Origin: Chthonomonadaceae bacterium
Lineage (GTDB): Bacteria; Armatimonadota; Chthonomonadetes; Chthonomonadales; Chthonomonadaceae
Assembly (NCBI GenBank): GCA_035650735.1
Contig: DASRGZ010000017.1
Coordinates: 1-64,000 of the forward strand
DNA: 64,000 bases
Reading direction: 5' to 3'
Each line of letters begins with the position of its first letter. The stretch's first letter is position 1. Positions 8,621 to 17,574 of this stretch are shown here, piece after piece. The notes beneath the pieces were generated by a model. That model was not told the origin of the DNA and ran no database searches. It was given only the letters and a program-made list of their open reading frames with translations. Both the position numbers and the translations under genes were made by a program.

Positions 8621-9430
8621 TTAAGAGGGGGAGAGCACCATGCCTCCACAGACGGGGATGCACTGCCCGGTCACGTAGTCGGAGAGGTCGGTGGCAAGGA
8701 ACTCGACCACTTTGGCGCAGTCCTCCGGCACGCCCACGCGCCGCAGCGGAATCCGGGCGGAGGCGACGGCGATGTTCTCCGGGCTGTTGCGATTAAACTG
8801 CTTGTTGGCGCGGGAGGTCAGAATCAGGCCGGGCGCGATGCAGTTGACGTTGATGTTGTAGGGGCCAAGCTCGCCCGCCAGCAGCCGCGTATACTCCACG
8901 ACGCCCGCCTTTGCCACGCAATAGTGCGCGATGCTGCCTTCCATGTTGCCGCGCAGGCCCGCCTGGGAGGAGACGTTGATGATCTTGCCGCTACGCTGCT
9001 CTTTCATCGGCACGGCGGCGGCCTGGCAGCAAAAGACAGTGCTGGTCAGGTTCACGTCCAGGATGTAGCGCCAATCGTCCTCAGGTACGGTGGAAGCCTT
9101 TCCGCGCTCGGCGGGCCGCAGCACGCCGCCCGCGTTGTTGACCAGGATATCCACGCGCCCGAAGGCCGACAGCGTTGCATCGAAGAGCCGCTGCACTTCC
9201 GATTTGATGGTCACGTCCGCCGCGACGCCGATGGCGCGCACGCCTAGCGCCTCGCATTCGGCCATCACCGTCTCCGCCGTTAGCTCCTCGTCAAACTCCC
9301 TGGCCGAGTCCAGGCGAAGGTCATTGATGACAATATTGGCGCCTAAGGAGGCCAGGCGCAGTGCATAGGCGCGTCCCAGGCCGCGTCCGGCGCCCGTGAT
9401 AACGGCAACTTTACCCGTTAGTTTTCCCAT
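8621..9430 (-). CDS. SDR family oxidoreductase
   Basis: TGAGRGLG, NNAG and YCVAK motifs. Confidence 0.95.
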   Translation of the reverse strand: MGKLTGKVAVITGAGRGLGRAYALRLASLGANIVINDLRLDSAREFDEELTAETVMAECEALGVRAIGVAADVTIKSEVQRLFDATLSAFGRVDILVNNAGGVLRPAERGKASTVPEDDWRYILDVNLTSTVFCCQAAAVPMKEQRSGKIINVSSQAGLRGNMEGSIAHYCVAKAGVVEYTRLLAGELGPYNINVNCIAPGLILTSRANKQFNRNSPENIAVASARIPLRRVGVPEDCAKVVEFLATDLSDYVTGQCIPVCGGMVLSPS

Positions 9431-9543
9431 TCTTTCTTAAAATCTCCCTGCCTAGTGCGTTTCCGTCTGTCCGTTCGTCATTCAGACCGGAAACTCCTCC
9501 GTCAAACGTTCTGGAGATCAGGCGGCCTTAGATGGCTGCCCGT

Positions 9544-9572
9544 TTGACAAGGCTCCCTTGCCGTGCTACAAT
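9544..9572 (+). promoter_or_regulatory. Sigma70-type promoter
   Basis: TTGACA-17 bp-TACAAT with an extended TG. Confidence 0.85.
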
Positions 9573-9578
9573 GATTCC

Positions 9579-9897
9579 AGGGTCAGGAGCCGCGTCCCGG
9601 TTGCGCTTGCTGGGCCATAAATGACCCATCTGTGTGGCCTACGGCCAAGCGTCCTTACGGACGCCCTGCCAAGCCAGGCTGTTCCGTCCGCCAGTCACAA
9701 GGCAGAGGCGCGAGTGTCGCCAGGCGGAGATCGCCAGGCAGAGCCGCGAATCGTTGAGCGGCGTCCCCTGGCAGTCGAGCGTGCGTAGTTCCGACCCTTG
9801 CAGTCGTAGCGCCGTCCCTTGCAGTCGCTTGGCCGCAGGCCCTAGAGCCGGGTACGTTCAGTGCCCAGCACTGGATGGCTTACTGCACCAGGCCCTT
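9579..9897 (+). ncRNA. Candidate long-hairpin ncRNA or structured leader containing a repeat insertion
   Basis: Nested pairings AGGGTCAGG/CCAGGCCCT, AGCCG/TGGCT, TGCTGGGC/GCCCAGCA and ACCC/GGGT, starting right after the promoter. Confidence 0.35.
9635..9842. repeat. Composite GCNAGG/CCTNGC intergenic repeat
   Basis: About 80 bp shared with 30685-30765 and 38950-39030. Bounded by a 15/16 inverted repeat GGCCTACGGCCAAGCG. Confidence 0.8.
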
Positions 9898-9912
9898 CCG
9901 AACTGTTTTGTC

Positions 9913-10818
9913 ATGCCAACCAACGAGACGACCGACTGTAACGACCCGGATATTTACCGAGATCGGTTGTATGCCCTGGCCGCACCGGAAGATCGCAGCC
10001 AGCTAGAAGCCGCCTATGCGCTGGCGGCGCGCGCCCATAGCAACCAGTGGCGTCGCGTGGCCAGCGGCGTGCCTCCGGTGCCCTATATCGTTCATCCTCT
10101 GCGGGTGGCCTGCATCCTCGCCGAAGAGTGGGGGTGCCGAGATCGGCGCGCGCTGACCGCCTGCCTGCTCCACGACGTGCTGGAAGATGTTCCTGAGGCC
10201 GACCGTGCCCGCTACGCGCAGGAGATCCGCAAAGTGGCGGGGAAAGAAGTCCATGACGCCATCTGGACGTTGACCAAACCGGCCCCCGGACCGGCGGAGG
10301 TCAAAGCGGCCCGTGATGCGCGCTACTTTTCGGAACTACGGAACGCGCCCAGATGGGTACGCCTGATCAAGTGCGCCGACCGCGTGGATAACCTGCGGGA
10401 TGCCCGTGCCTGGGGGGACAAGGCTTTCTGGGAACGCTACAGTAGCGAAACCATCGGCTGGCATCTCTATCTGGCGCGGGAGACGGCGCCCATCGCCGAA
10501 GTGGCCCTGTTCGGCGCGCTGGTCGCCGGAGAGCGCGACATCCGGGGCCGCGTGCCCGTCTGGGTTGATGGGCATCTGGTGGATCCGAGCGCCGCCGCGC
10601 TCATCCCCGAAGAGATCGCCCGCCATCGGCACGCTATCGGGCTGGCGCTGCGGGGCGATACGCTCCTCGTTGCCATGCTCGATCCCGATGATGAGGACTG
10701 TATCATCACTCTGGGAAAGATTACGGGAAAGCGCATTGCGCCAGTGTCGGTCTCAGCCGAAGGGCTGCGCGATGCGCAGGTCGCCGGACTGTTTAAAAGG
10801 ATGAAGGCGGAAGGATAA
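9913..10818 (+). CDS. RelA/SpoT-type HD hydrolase (small alarmone hydrolase-like) with C-terminal T2SSE_N/PilB-N-like domain
   Basis: AHSNQWR..PYIVHP, LLHDVLED, LTK and LIKCADRVDNLRD. C-terminus DPSAAALIPEEIARHRHAIGL..GDTLLVAMLDP. Confidence 0.8.
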   Translation: MPTNETTDCNDPDIYRDRLYALAAPEDRSQLEAAYALAARAHSNQWRRVASGVPPVPYIVHPLRVACILAEEWGCRDRRALTACLLHDVLEDVPEADRARYAQEIRKVAGKEVHDAIWTLTKPAPGPAEVKAARDARYFSELRNAPRWVRLIKCADRVDNLRDARAWGDKAFWERYSSETIGWHLYLARETAPIAEVALFGALVAGERDIRGRVPVWVDGHLVDPSAAALIPEEIARHRHAIGLALRGDTLLVAMLDPDDEDCIITLGKITGKRIAPVSVSAEGLRDAQVAGLFKRMKAEG

Positions 10819-10920
10819 AGGATGAAAAAAGCAAGGGCTTCTTCCTCCCTTTCCGGCAAGGAGAAAGGCGAGAGGAGGAAAAGAGCCAGAGTCTTTCTTC
10901 ATCCTTCCGCCTTCATCCTT
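10797..10920. repeat. 20-bp perfect inverted repeat built from AAGGATG-like heptamers
   Basis: AAGGATGAAGGCGGAAGGAT at 10797-10816 and its reverse complement at 10901-10920. Confidence 0.9.
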
Positions 10921-10958
10921 AAACCCGAAGTCTGCCAGGCGATGATTTTTAAGGAAAT

Positions 10959-12164
10959 ATGAGCGAAGCATCTCCTTCCCCCGACGCCAGCGCGTCGGCG
11001 CCTTCCGAACGCTCTGCCTCGGGGCGTGCCCGGGCGGAAAGCGCGCCCGCCGTCCCAGGGCGGCTGCTTGGCGCGCATATGCCTACCGCCGGTGGATTGC
11101 ATAAGAGCCTGCTGGCCGGCAAAGCGATAGGCTGTACTGCCGTGCAGCTTTTTACCAGCAGTCCCCGCCAGTGGAGCCATCCGCCGCTGTCCGCTGAAGA
11201 GGTCGCGGCCTTCCACGCCGCGCGGGAGCAGACGGGCATCGCCTTTACCGTCGCCCACGATTCCTATCTCATCAACCTGGCCGCTCCCGCCGCCGATGTC
11301 CTCGAGCGCTCTCGGAAGGCGTTCCGGGCCGAGCTTGACCGCGCTAACCAACTGGGTATTCCCTGGGTTGTCACCCACATGGGAGCCCATCTCGATCAAG
11401 GCGAAGAGCCAGCTACCCAGCGCTTGATAGAAAGCTTGCAGCGCGTTCTGGAGGAGACCGATGCCGAAGGATACGCCGCGGGCGTGGCGCTGGAGACGAC
11501 GGCAGGGCAGGGCACCGGCCTGGGGTATCGCTTTGAGCAGCTGGCGGAGGTTCTGTCCGGCGTGGGGCCGCATCCACGCCTGGGCGTCTGCCTGGATACC
11601 TGCCACGTCTTTGTCGCGGGCTACGACCTGCGCGATCCGGACGCTTACCAGCAGACCTGGGCCGCTTTTGACGGCATCCTCGGCCTGGACAAGCTCAAAA
11701 TCATCCATGCTAACGACTCCAAGAAGCCCCTGGGCAGCCGCGTAGACCGCCATGAGCACATCGGCGAAGGCCAGATCGGCATCGGCGCCTTCGCGCGCCT
11801 GGTCACCGACCCACGCTTGGCGCATCTGCCCATCATTATCGAAACCCCCGACTCGGCCACGATGCACGCCGTCAACCTGGCGCGCCTGAAGCGGCTGGCG
11901 GCAGGAGGTGCGCTCGGCATGAACGTCACGGTTTATCTCTTCGGCCACTACAGCGATTACCTGGGCAGCGAGCCGCTGGAGATCACGCTGCCCTCCGGCG
12001 CCACCGGACGCGATCTGGCGGCCCTCCTGGTCGAGCGCGACTCGCGCCTGGCGGACCTGGCTTCCTACTGCCGCTGCGCCATCAACGAAGAGTACGCCGA
12101 CCTGGATACGGCCTTAACAGAGGGCTGCACGGTCGCCTTCATCCCCCCCATGAGCGGCGGATAA
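10959..12164 (+). CDS. nfo-moaD: Endonuclease IV fused to a C-terminal MoaD/ThiS sulfur carrier
   Basis: Nfo motifs LGAH, HDSYLINLA, HMG, LETTAGQG, CLDTCH, HANDSK, DRHEHIG and IIETP, followed in frame by MNVTVYLFG...AINEEY...VAFIPPMSGG*. Confidence 0.9.
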   Translation: MSEASPSPDASASAPSERSASGRARAESAPAVPGRLLGAHMPTAGGLHKSLLAGKAIGCTAVQLFTSSPRQWSHPPLSAEEVAAFHAAREQTGIAFTVAHDSYLINLAAPAADVLERSRKAFRAELDRANQLGIPWVVTHMGAHLDQGEEPATQRLIESLQRVLEETDAEGYAAGVALETTAGQGTGLGYRFEQLAEVLSGVGPHPRLGVCLDTCHVFVAGYDLRDPDAYQQTWAAFDGILGLDKLKIIHANDSKKPLGSRVDRHEHIGEGQIGIGAFARLVTDPRLAHLPIIIETPDSATMHAVNLARLKRLAAGGALGMNVTVYLFGHYSDYLGSEPLEITLPSGATGRDLAALLVERDSRLADLASYCRCAINEEYADLDTALTEGCTVAFIPPMSGG

Positions 12165-12187
12165 AGGGCAGTGAGGTAGAGGCAAGG

Positions 12188-12625
12188 ATGGCGGAGGTTA
12201 AGATAGGCAGCGCGCCGATTGACGTGGCGCAGTTGGAGGCGAAGGTCGGCGGGCATGCCAACGGGGCCGTCTGCACGTTTATCGGGCAGGTGCGCAAGAA
12301 TTCGCGCGGGCGGGAGGTGGCCTATCTGGAATACAACGCCTACGTGCCGATGGCCGAGAAGATGCTGCGCCGCATCGCCGAGGAAGCCGAGGCCCGTTGG
12401 GGCTGCGAGGTCGCCATTGCCCACCGCATCGGGCGCATCGAGTTGGGCGAGGCCAGCGTCGTCGTCGCCGTCGGCTCGCCCCATCGCGCCCAGGCGTTCG
12501 CGGCGTGCCGTCACTGCATTGATACGCTCAAAGAGACGGTTCCCATCTGGAAGCGCGAGGTCTGCCCGGATGGGACGTACTGGATCGAGGGAGAGGAAGC
12601 CCTCAAAGCCGAGGCCACTCCCTAA
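12188..12625 (+). CDS. moaE: Molybdopterin synthase catalytic subunit
   Basis: GAVCTFIGQVR, LEYNAY, HRIG, SPHR and LKETVPIWKRE. Confidence 0.95.
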   Translation: MAEVKIGSAPIDVAQLEAKVGGHANGAVCTFIGQVRKNSRGREVAYLEYNAYVPMAEKMLRRIAEEAEARWGCEVAIAHRIGRIELGEASVVVAVGSPHRAQAFAACRHCIDTLKETVPIWKREVCPDGTYWIEGEEALKAEATP

Positions 12626-12670
12626 ACCTACCCGAAGGTAAAAAGGTAAGTCCGGGGAATTCCTTTCCGC

Positions 12671-12735
12671 AGGGTTCTAGGGTACTAGAGGGTGCTGAGG
12701 GTTCTAACTACCTCAGAACCTTTAGAACCTTCAGA
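12671..12735. repeat. Degenerate 9-mer tandem repeats in inverted arrangement
   Basis: AGGGTTCTA-like units followed by CAGAACCTT-like units. Confidence 0.6.
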
Positions 12736-12748
12736 TCTGGAGGCGGCG

Positions 12749-13270
12749 ATGGGCCGGGCACTGGTTCTGTTGCTGGTGGCCGTAGCATCGGGCCTGCTCG
12801 TCTACTGGCTGGCGGCCCCACGCTTCCTGTCGCCTGCCAACACCGCGCCGGGCACGGTTGCCGCAACGGGGCCTGCGATGGCCTCCTCCCCATCGGGCTC
12901 TGAGCTACCCAACACTGCTTCCGCGCCGGCTGTCATTCCCGCACCGCGCACGCCCCAGCAGCAAGCGCGCGATGCTCTGGAGGCCCAGCGCGCCCCGTTC
13001 TACGCGCGCTTGCGCGTGCTCGGCCCCAACCTGGAGGCTTTTCGCTCTGCCGAGGACGATCCAGCTACCCTGGAACTTTATGCCGCCCGCGACGACCCAC
13101 AGCTTGTCTCCCAGTGGCTGGCCCAGATCGTCCAGCCGGACGCCTACCGCTATGGGTTCCGCCATGTCCGCTTCTTCCTGCCCGGCTCTCCCGACGGCGT
13201 GGAGCGCTACCGCCTGGATTCCGAGGCCAGTCTCGACGACCAGGGCCTCTGGCACGCTTTTCGCAAATGA
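12749..13270 (+). CDS. Hypothetical membrane-anchored protein
   Basis: RBS GGAGG, N-terminal TM helix and a Pro/Ala-rich linker. Confidence 0.75.
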   Translation: MGRALVLLLVAVASGLLVYWLAAPRFLSPANTAPGTVAATGPAMASSPSGSELPNTASAPAVIPAPRTPQQQARDALEAQRAPFYARLRVLGPNLEAFRSAEDDPATLELYAARDDPQLVSQWLAQIVQPDAYRYGFRHVRFFLPGSPDGVERYRLDSEASLDDQGLWHAFRK

Positions 13271-13397
13271 GAGGGCAGAAGGCTGGTGGAACTTTAGCGG
13301 GCCGCCTTTGCGTTATTTTAACCAGATACGCGTTAGATAAGAGTTCCGGTTTGTTAGAAATTTAATCTCTTTGTTCGTAAGTAGAACTTGCGACGGG

Positions 13398-13426
13398 TTG
13401 ACAAGGGGCACAGCGCAGGATATAAT
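13398..13426 (+). promoter_or_regulatory. Consensus sigma70 promoter
   Basis: TTGACA-17 bp-TATAAT. Confidence 0.9.
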
Positions 13427-13471
13427 GACTCGCTACGTTTGCTCCTGCTGGGAGTGAGAGCGCCCCAGTTT

Positions 13472-13792
13472 TCGGTTGCTGGCGAATGAATTCGCAGCAA
13501 CCAGGACACGATGTCGGCCTTCGCCGACTCTATCCTCCCCTCTCCCGCAGCGCCGGGGGGCGCCAGGCGGAGGGTTGTGGCCAGGTGTGGCTAGGCGGAG
13601 GCGCGAACCATTGCCGCGCCGACCCGAGCAGGGGCCCAACCATGGCAGGCGCGACCCTTGCAGTCCATTGTAGGCCCGACCCTGACAGTGGGCCGGGGGT
13701 GAGGGCAGAACCCGCGTAGGCGGGTTTAGTGCTTTTGTTGCTACTGCCAGGGTCGGCAGGGTTACGGCCCCTGCCTCCGCCTGGCGAGGCTT
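13472..13792. repeat. Composite palindromic repeat cluster
   Basis: GCGAATGAATTCGC palindrome, CCCCTCTCCC unit, GCNAGG/CCTNGC array and a GTAG-loop hairpin. Homologous to 49660-49885. Confidence 0.8.
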
Positions 13793-13846
13793 TCGCCGCC
13801 CGCAAAGAAAACGGGGATGGACACGCAAGGAGAAGGAGATATTCCT

Positions 13847-14677
13847 TTGAGCGACCACGAGGTCGCGGGGAACGATTTACACGCTGCCCCCGCCACAGCT
13901 TCCAACGCGCCCGCTAACCCCATCGGGGATCGTCCCCTCTTATCGGTTGTCGTCCCGGCATATAATGAGGAGGGGCGCCTGGGCGCCTCTCTGAAGCGCA
14001 TGCTGGCCTACTTCGATGCGCAGGAATATCCCGTTGAGATCCTGGTTGTGGACGATGGCAGCTCCGATGGCACAGCCAGCATCGTTGAGCAGATCGCGGC
14101 CTGTCGGCCGCAGGTACGCCTGCTCTCCTACCAGCCCAATCGGGGCAAAGGCCACGCCGTCCGCTACGGAATGCTGCGCGCCAGCGGGGAGCAGATCCTC
14201 TTCTGCGATGCCGATCTCGCCACGCCGATTGAGGAGGTCGAGAAGCTGATCCCCAGGCTCCAGGGAGGCTACGACATCGCCATCGGCTCCCGCGACGTGC
14301 CCGGCTCGGAGCTTATCAAGCGGCAGTCGCTCGTGCGCGAAATGGGCGGGCGTACCTTCAATAAGCTGGTGCAGTTGATGGCGGTGCCCGGCATTCACGA
14401 TACGCAATGCGGGTTCAAGCTGTTCACGCAGCCGGCGGCGCAGGCTATCTTCGGCCAGTGCCGCGTGGACCACTTTGCCTTTGATGTGGAAGTGCTCTAC
14501 CTGGCCCTGCGCCGCTTCGATCTGCGAGTGGCCGAAGTTCCCGTTCGCTGGGCCCATCAGGAAGGCTCCAAGGTGCGCTTCCTGCGGGACGCCTGGCGCA
14601 TGCTCAAGACCCTCTTCCGCATTCGTCTGACGCGCTACAACGCGCCCGCACCCGCTGCTGAATTGCGGTTGCCCTAA
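13847..14677 (+). CDS. GT2 glycosyltransferase (polyprenol-phosphate hexosyltransferase-like)
   Basis: SVVVPAYNE, VDDGSSDGT, NRGKG, DADL, DTQCGFKLF and FDVE. TTG start after AAGGAG; ATG 13817 is an alternative. Confidence 0.92.
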   Translation: MSDHEVAGNDLHAAPATASNAPANPIGDRPLLSVVVPAYNEEGRLGASLKRMLAYFDAQEYPVEILVVDDGSSDGTASIVEQIAACRPQVRLLSYQPNRGKGHAVRYGMLRASGEQILFCDADLATPIEEVEKLIPRLQGGYDIAIGSRDVPGSELIKRQSLVREMGGRTFNKLVQLMAVPGIHDTQCGFKLFTQPAAQAIFGQCRVDHFAFDVEVLYLALRRFDLRVAEVPVRWAHQEGSKVRFLRDAWRMLKTLFRIRLTRYNAPAPAAELRLP

Positions 14678-14779
14678 AAACGCGAACAGGATGTTGCCTG
14701 TGAGTGAAACTGCCGGAAGTCAGCAACGCTTCCGGCAGTCTTGCCGCAGGGGGCCCTGGCGCCCCGTTTATACCGGACC

Positions 14780-15523
14780 ATGAATGACCCCGAATACGAG
14801 CGGATGTATCGTCTGGAAGATACCTACTGGTGGTTCGTCGGGCGGCATCGGCTCGTCGAAGCTCTGATGCGCGCCCGCTTCGGCCCGCCGGGAGCGCGCC
14901 CGGAGACGACCATCCTGGATATTGGCTGCGGCACGGGCGCGATGTCGAAGCGCCTGACGCGCTGGGGCCGTGTGGTTTCGGCGGACTTCTCCCCCCTGGC
15001 CTTGCAGTTCTCGCGGCGGCGCGGCCTGCGGCACCTGGTCGGCGCGGACGCTATGCGCCTGCCGTTTGCCTCCGAGCGGTTCGATGCGCTGGTGGCGATG
15101 GATATGCTGGAACACCTGCCCAACGACTGCGCCGCGCTCTGCGAGTTCTATCGCGTGCTCAAGCTGGGCGGATACGTCTTTGCCACCGTTCCCGCCTACC
15201 CGCGCCTCTGGAGCGAGCACGACATCGCACTGATGCATCACCGCCGCTACCTGCGCCACCAGGTCGCCGAGCGGTTCACCGCCGCCGGTTTCCGCCTGAA
15301 AAAGCTCTCACATACCATGACGGCGCTCTATCCGCTGGTGGTCATGCAGCGCCATCTGAACGCCCGCAGACCGCCCCACGACCCGCCGGAGGCGGCCATG
15401 CCCCTCTTTCCCGCGCCCATCAATGCGGCGCTGACCGGCCTGCTCACCCTCGAAAACGCCCTCGCCCGGCGCGTCAATTTTCCCTTCGGCGTCACCATCC
15501 TGTGCGTTGCCGTCAAGCGGTGA
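14780..15523 (+). CDS. Class I SAM-dependent methyltransferase
   Basis: YWWFVGR, ILDIGCGTG, DAMRLPF, DMLEH and HHRRY. Confidence 0.9.
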   Translation: MNDPEYERMYRLEDTYWWFVGRHRLVEALMRARFGPPGARPETTILDIGCGTGAMSKRLTRWGRVVSADFSPLALQFSRRRGLRHLVGADAMRLPFASERFDALVAMDMLEHLPNDCAALCEFYRVLKLGGYVFATVPAYPRLWSEHDIALMHHRRYLRHQVAERFTAAGFRLKKLSHTMTALYPLVVMQRHLNARRPPHDPPEAAMPLFPAPINAALTGLLTLENALARRVNFPFGVTILCVAVKR

Positions 15524-15528
15524 CTAAA

Positions 15529-15665
15529 GACCTCACCCCCAGCCCTTCTCCTTCTCAAGGAGAGGGGAGAGCAGAAGCCGGTTCCCCCCCTTCCCTGCCG
15601 CGTTAGCGGCGAAGTAGGGAAGGGGGCCGGGGGGTTAGGTCAAGAAGGGCAGGGGGTGAGGGCCG
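15529..15665. repeat. CCTCACCCC/CCCTTCCC-type palindromic repeats (family A)
   Basis: The same units recur at 17575, 36823, 60205 and 61733. Confidence 0.8.
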
Positions 15666-15700
15666 TAAAGAAAACGCAAGGACCCTGGAGAATAGATGGG

Positions 15701-16759
15701 ATGCCCGCCGAACGACCGACGCTTGCCTTTCGCGCTCGCAAAATCCCCGCAGTCGCCGCTTCCCGGTCCGGCCTGCGCGCGTTGGCCCTGCGCGGAGAAG
15801 CCGTCGTGTTCGACCTGGCGGCAGGCGGCGAGGCGCTGCGCCAGGCGTGCGAGAATGCGCGCGGCCTCGGCGTGCCGGTCTGGGGCTGGATCGAGGTCGG
15901 GCGGGATGAGGCGGCTGCCGAAGCGCACCCGGAGTGGATGCACGCGCCGCAGCATCCCGAATGGCTGCAAGCCTTCCCGGATTGGTCGGGAGGCCCGACG
16001 GCGCTGGTCGCGCCCTGGATCTGCGTCAACAATCGGGCGGCCTTTAACTACGCGCTGGAGCGCGTTCGCGCGCTCGTGCAAAATGCGCCGCCGCTGGAGG
16101 GCCTGTTCCTCAACGACATCCAGGGACCGCCAGCGGGCTGCGGCTGCGGCAACGTCCTCTGCCGCTCCTGGGACAACTCGCCGGGCGAGAAGATCGCGCC
16201 CACGCCCTACGCCAACCCCGACGTGTTTTTCCCGCAGGTTTTCTGGCACGCCTGCGCCCATGCCCTGGTGGACACTCTCCCGATTTCGCGTATCTGCCCG
16301 ATAATCTGTGGCGAGTGCGAGATTGGCGTGACGCTAGGCGGCGTGGAAAGCCCGGACGAACAGCTCGGCTCCTGTCGCGGCATTCCCTGCGCGCGGCCCT
16401 GCGCACAGGTCTATTGGCCGGGGCTGGTGCGCGCGCTGGCGGCAGAGCGCGGCGGCCCCTCTGCGGTCGGCCTGCTGACTCCCTACAAGCTGTTTGGCCG
16501 CGATGTGCCGCTCTACGGCGATACGGCGGCGTGGGTCGGGGCGTCGGTGACGCACTATCGGGAGTACGACCCCGCCGCGCAGGTGATCGCAGTGACGCAG
16601 GGCTGGGACGTGACGCCGGAGGAGCTTGCGGCCCAGATCGAGCAGGCGGCTAGCAATGGGGCGTGGGGAACGCTGGTGCTGGAAGAGCCGCTGGATCAAT
16701 CCTGGTGGCCGGCGGCCCCTCCCGCCGACTATGCGCCCATCGTGCCGCCGGTGAGCTAA
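15701..16759 (+). CDS. Hypothetical Cys-rich protein, possibly a glycoside-hydrolase-like TIM barrel
   Basis: Long ORF with AHPEWM, LEGLFLND, GCGCGNVLC, CPIICGEC and CRGIPCARPC. Confidence 0.65.
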   Translation: MPAERPTLAFRARKIPAVAASRSGLRALALRGEAVVFDLAAGGEALRQACENARGLGVPVWGWIEVGRDEAAAEAHPEWMHAPQHPEWLQAFPDWSGGPTALVAPWICVNNRAAFNYALERVRALVQNAPPLEGLFLNDIQGPPAGCGCGNVLCRSWDNSPGEKIAPTPYANPDVFFPQVFWHACAHALVDTLPISRICPIICGECEIGVTLGGVESPDEQLGSCRGIPCARPCAQVYWPGLVRALAAERGGPSAVGLLTPYKLFGRDVPLYGDTAAWVGASVTHYREYDPAAQVIAVTQGWDVTPEELAAQIEQAASNGAWGTLVLEEPLDQSWWPAAPPADYAPIVPPVS

Positions 16760-16852
16760 GCGCCCATGCAGGGTAACTTCGCAGTTCTCCGAGATGGGAA
16801 ATCTACGCAGGAACTGTGAGGACGTGTTTAGGCAGCAAAGAACGGAGCGAAC

Positions 16853-17560
16853 ATGGCAAATTGGCAGTTTCCTGATGGCAAGACGGTCGCCGTCGTGACC
16901 AGTTGGGATGACGGCGCGGCTACAGATCAGATGATGCTGCGCATGCTGGAGCAGTACGGCTACAAGGGGACGTTCTACGTCTGCCCGGAGTCTCTGGGCA
17001 CGGAGGGCTTTCTGGATGCGGCGGCCTTGCACCAGATCGCGGCGGCAGGGCACGAGATCGGCTCGCACAGCCTCAGCCACCCGCATCTGGAGACCCTGAC
17101 GGCCGCCGAGTGCCACCGGCAAATAGTGGAGAGCAAGGTGCAGCTAGAGGCCCTGATCGGCGCGGCGGTGACCTCCTTTGCCTACCCTTACGGTTTCGCG
17201 CAGGGGCCGCAGTGGATAGCGGATACGGTGCGCGCGGCAGGCTATGCCAGCGCCCGTACCACCCAAATAGCGGAACTGCTGACGGCGGCGGATCTGGCGG
17301 CGGGCGATCCCATGCGCCTGCTGGTGACCGCCTATTTCACCGAGTCGTTCCCGGAAATACAGGCCAAGTGGCAGAAGGTGGAGGAAGTGGAAGGCGGCAT
17401 CTTCCACCTGTGGGGATGCTCGCGGGAACTGGGCATGGACCCGAACGATTGGGTGGATTTCGAGTGCAACCTGGGCTACCTGGGCGGCATCTCCCACGTC
17501 TGGTACTGTACCGTCGGGGAGCTTATAGCAGCCGTGCGCGCTCCCGCCGATGAGCGCTAA
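16853..17560 (+). CDS. Polysaccharide deacetylase (CE4/NodB)
   Basis: TSWDDG, HEIGSHSLSHP and FAYPYG. Confidence 0.9.
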   Translation: MANWQFPDGKTVAVVTSWDDGAATDQMMLRMLEQYGYKGTFYVCPESLGTEGFLDAAALHQIAAAGHEIGSHSLSHPHLETLTAAECHRQIVESKVQLEALIGAAVTSFAYPYGFAQGPQWIADTVRAAGYASARTTQIAELLTAADLAAGDPMRLLVTAYFTESFPEIQAKWQKVEEVEGGIFHLWGCSRELGMDPNDWVDFECNLGYLGGISHVWYCTVGELIAAVRAPADER

Positions 17561-17574
17561 CCTAATTCCCGTTA

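Noticed and set aside
9870..9897. GGCTTAC near the hairpin's 3' end as RNase P RNA
   Set aside because: The universally conserved GAGGAAAGTCC element is absent.
9634..9912. N-terminal extensions in the ORF track (9634, 23201, 27089, 40940, 55145)
   Set aside because: They translate repeats or intergenic DNA. Family homology and RBS placement point to later starts.
11895..11918. LAAGG in the Nfo-MoaD linker as a JAB cleavage site
   Set aside because: The GG is not preceded by a Ubl fold and is explained by the embedded AGGAGG Shine-Dalgarno.
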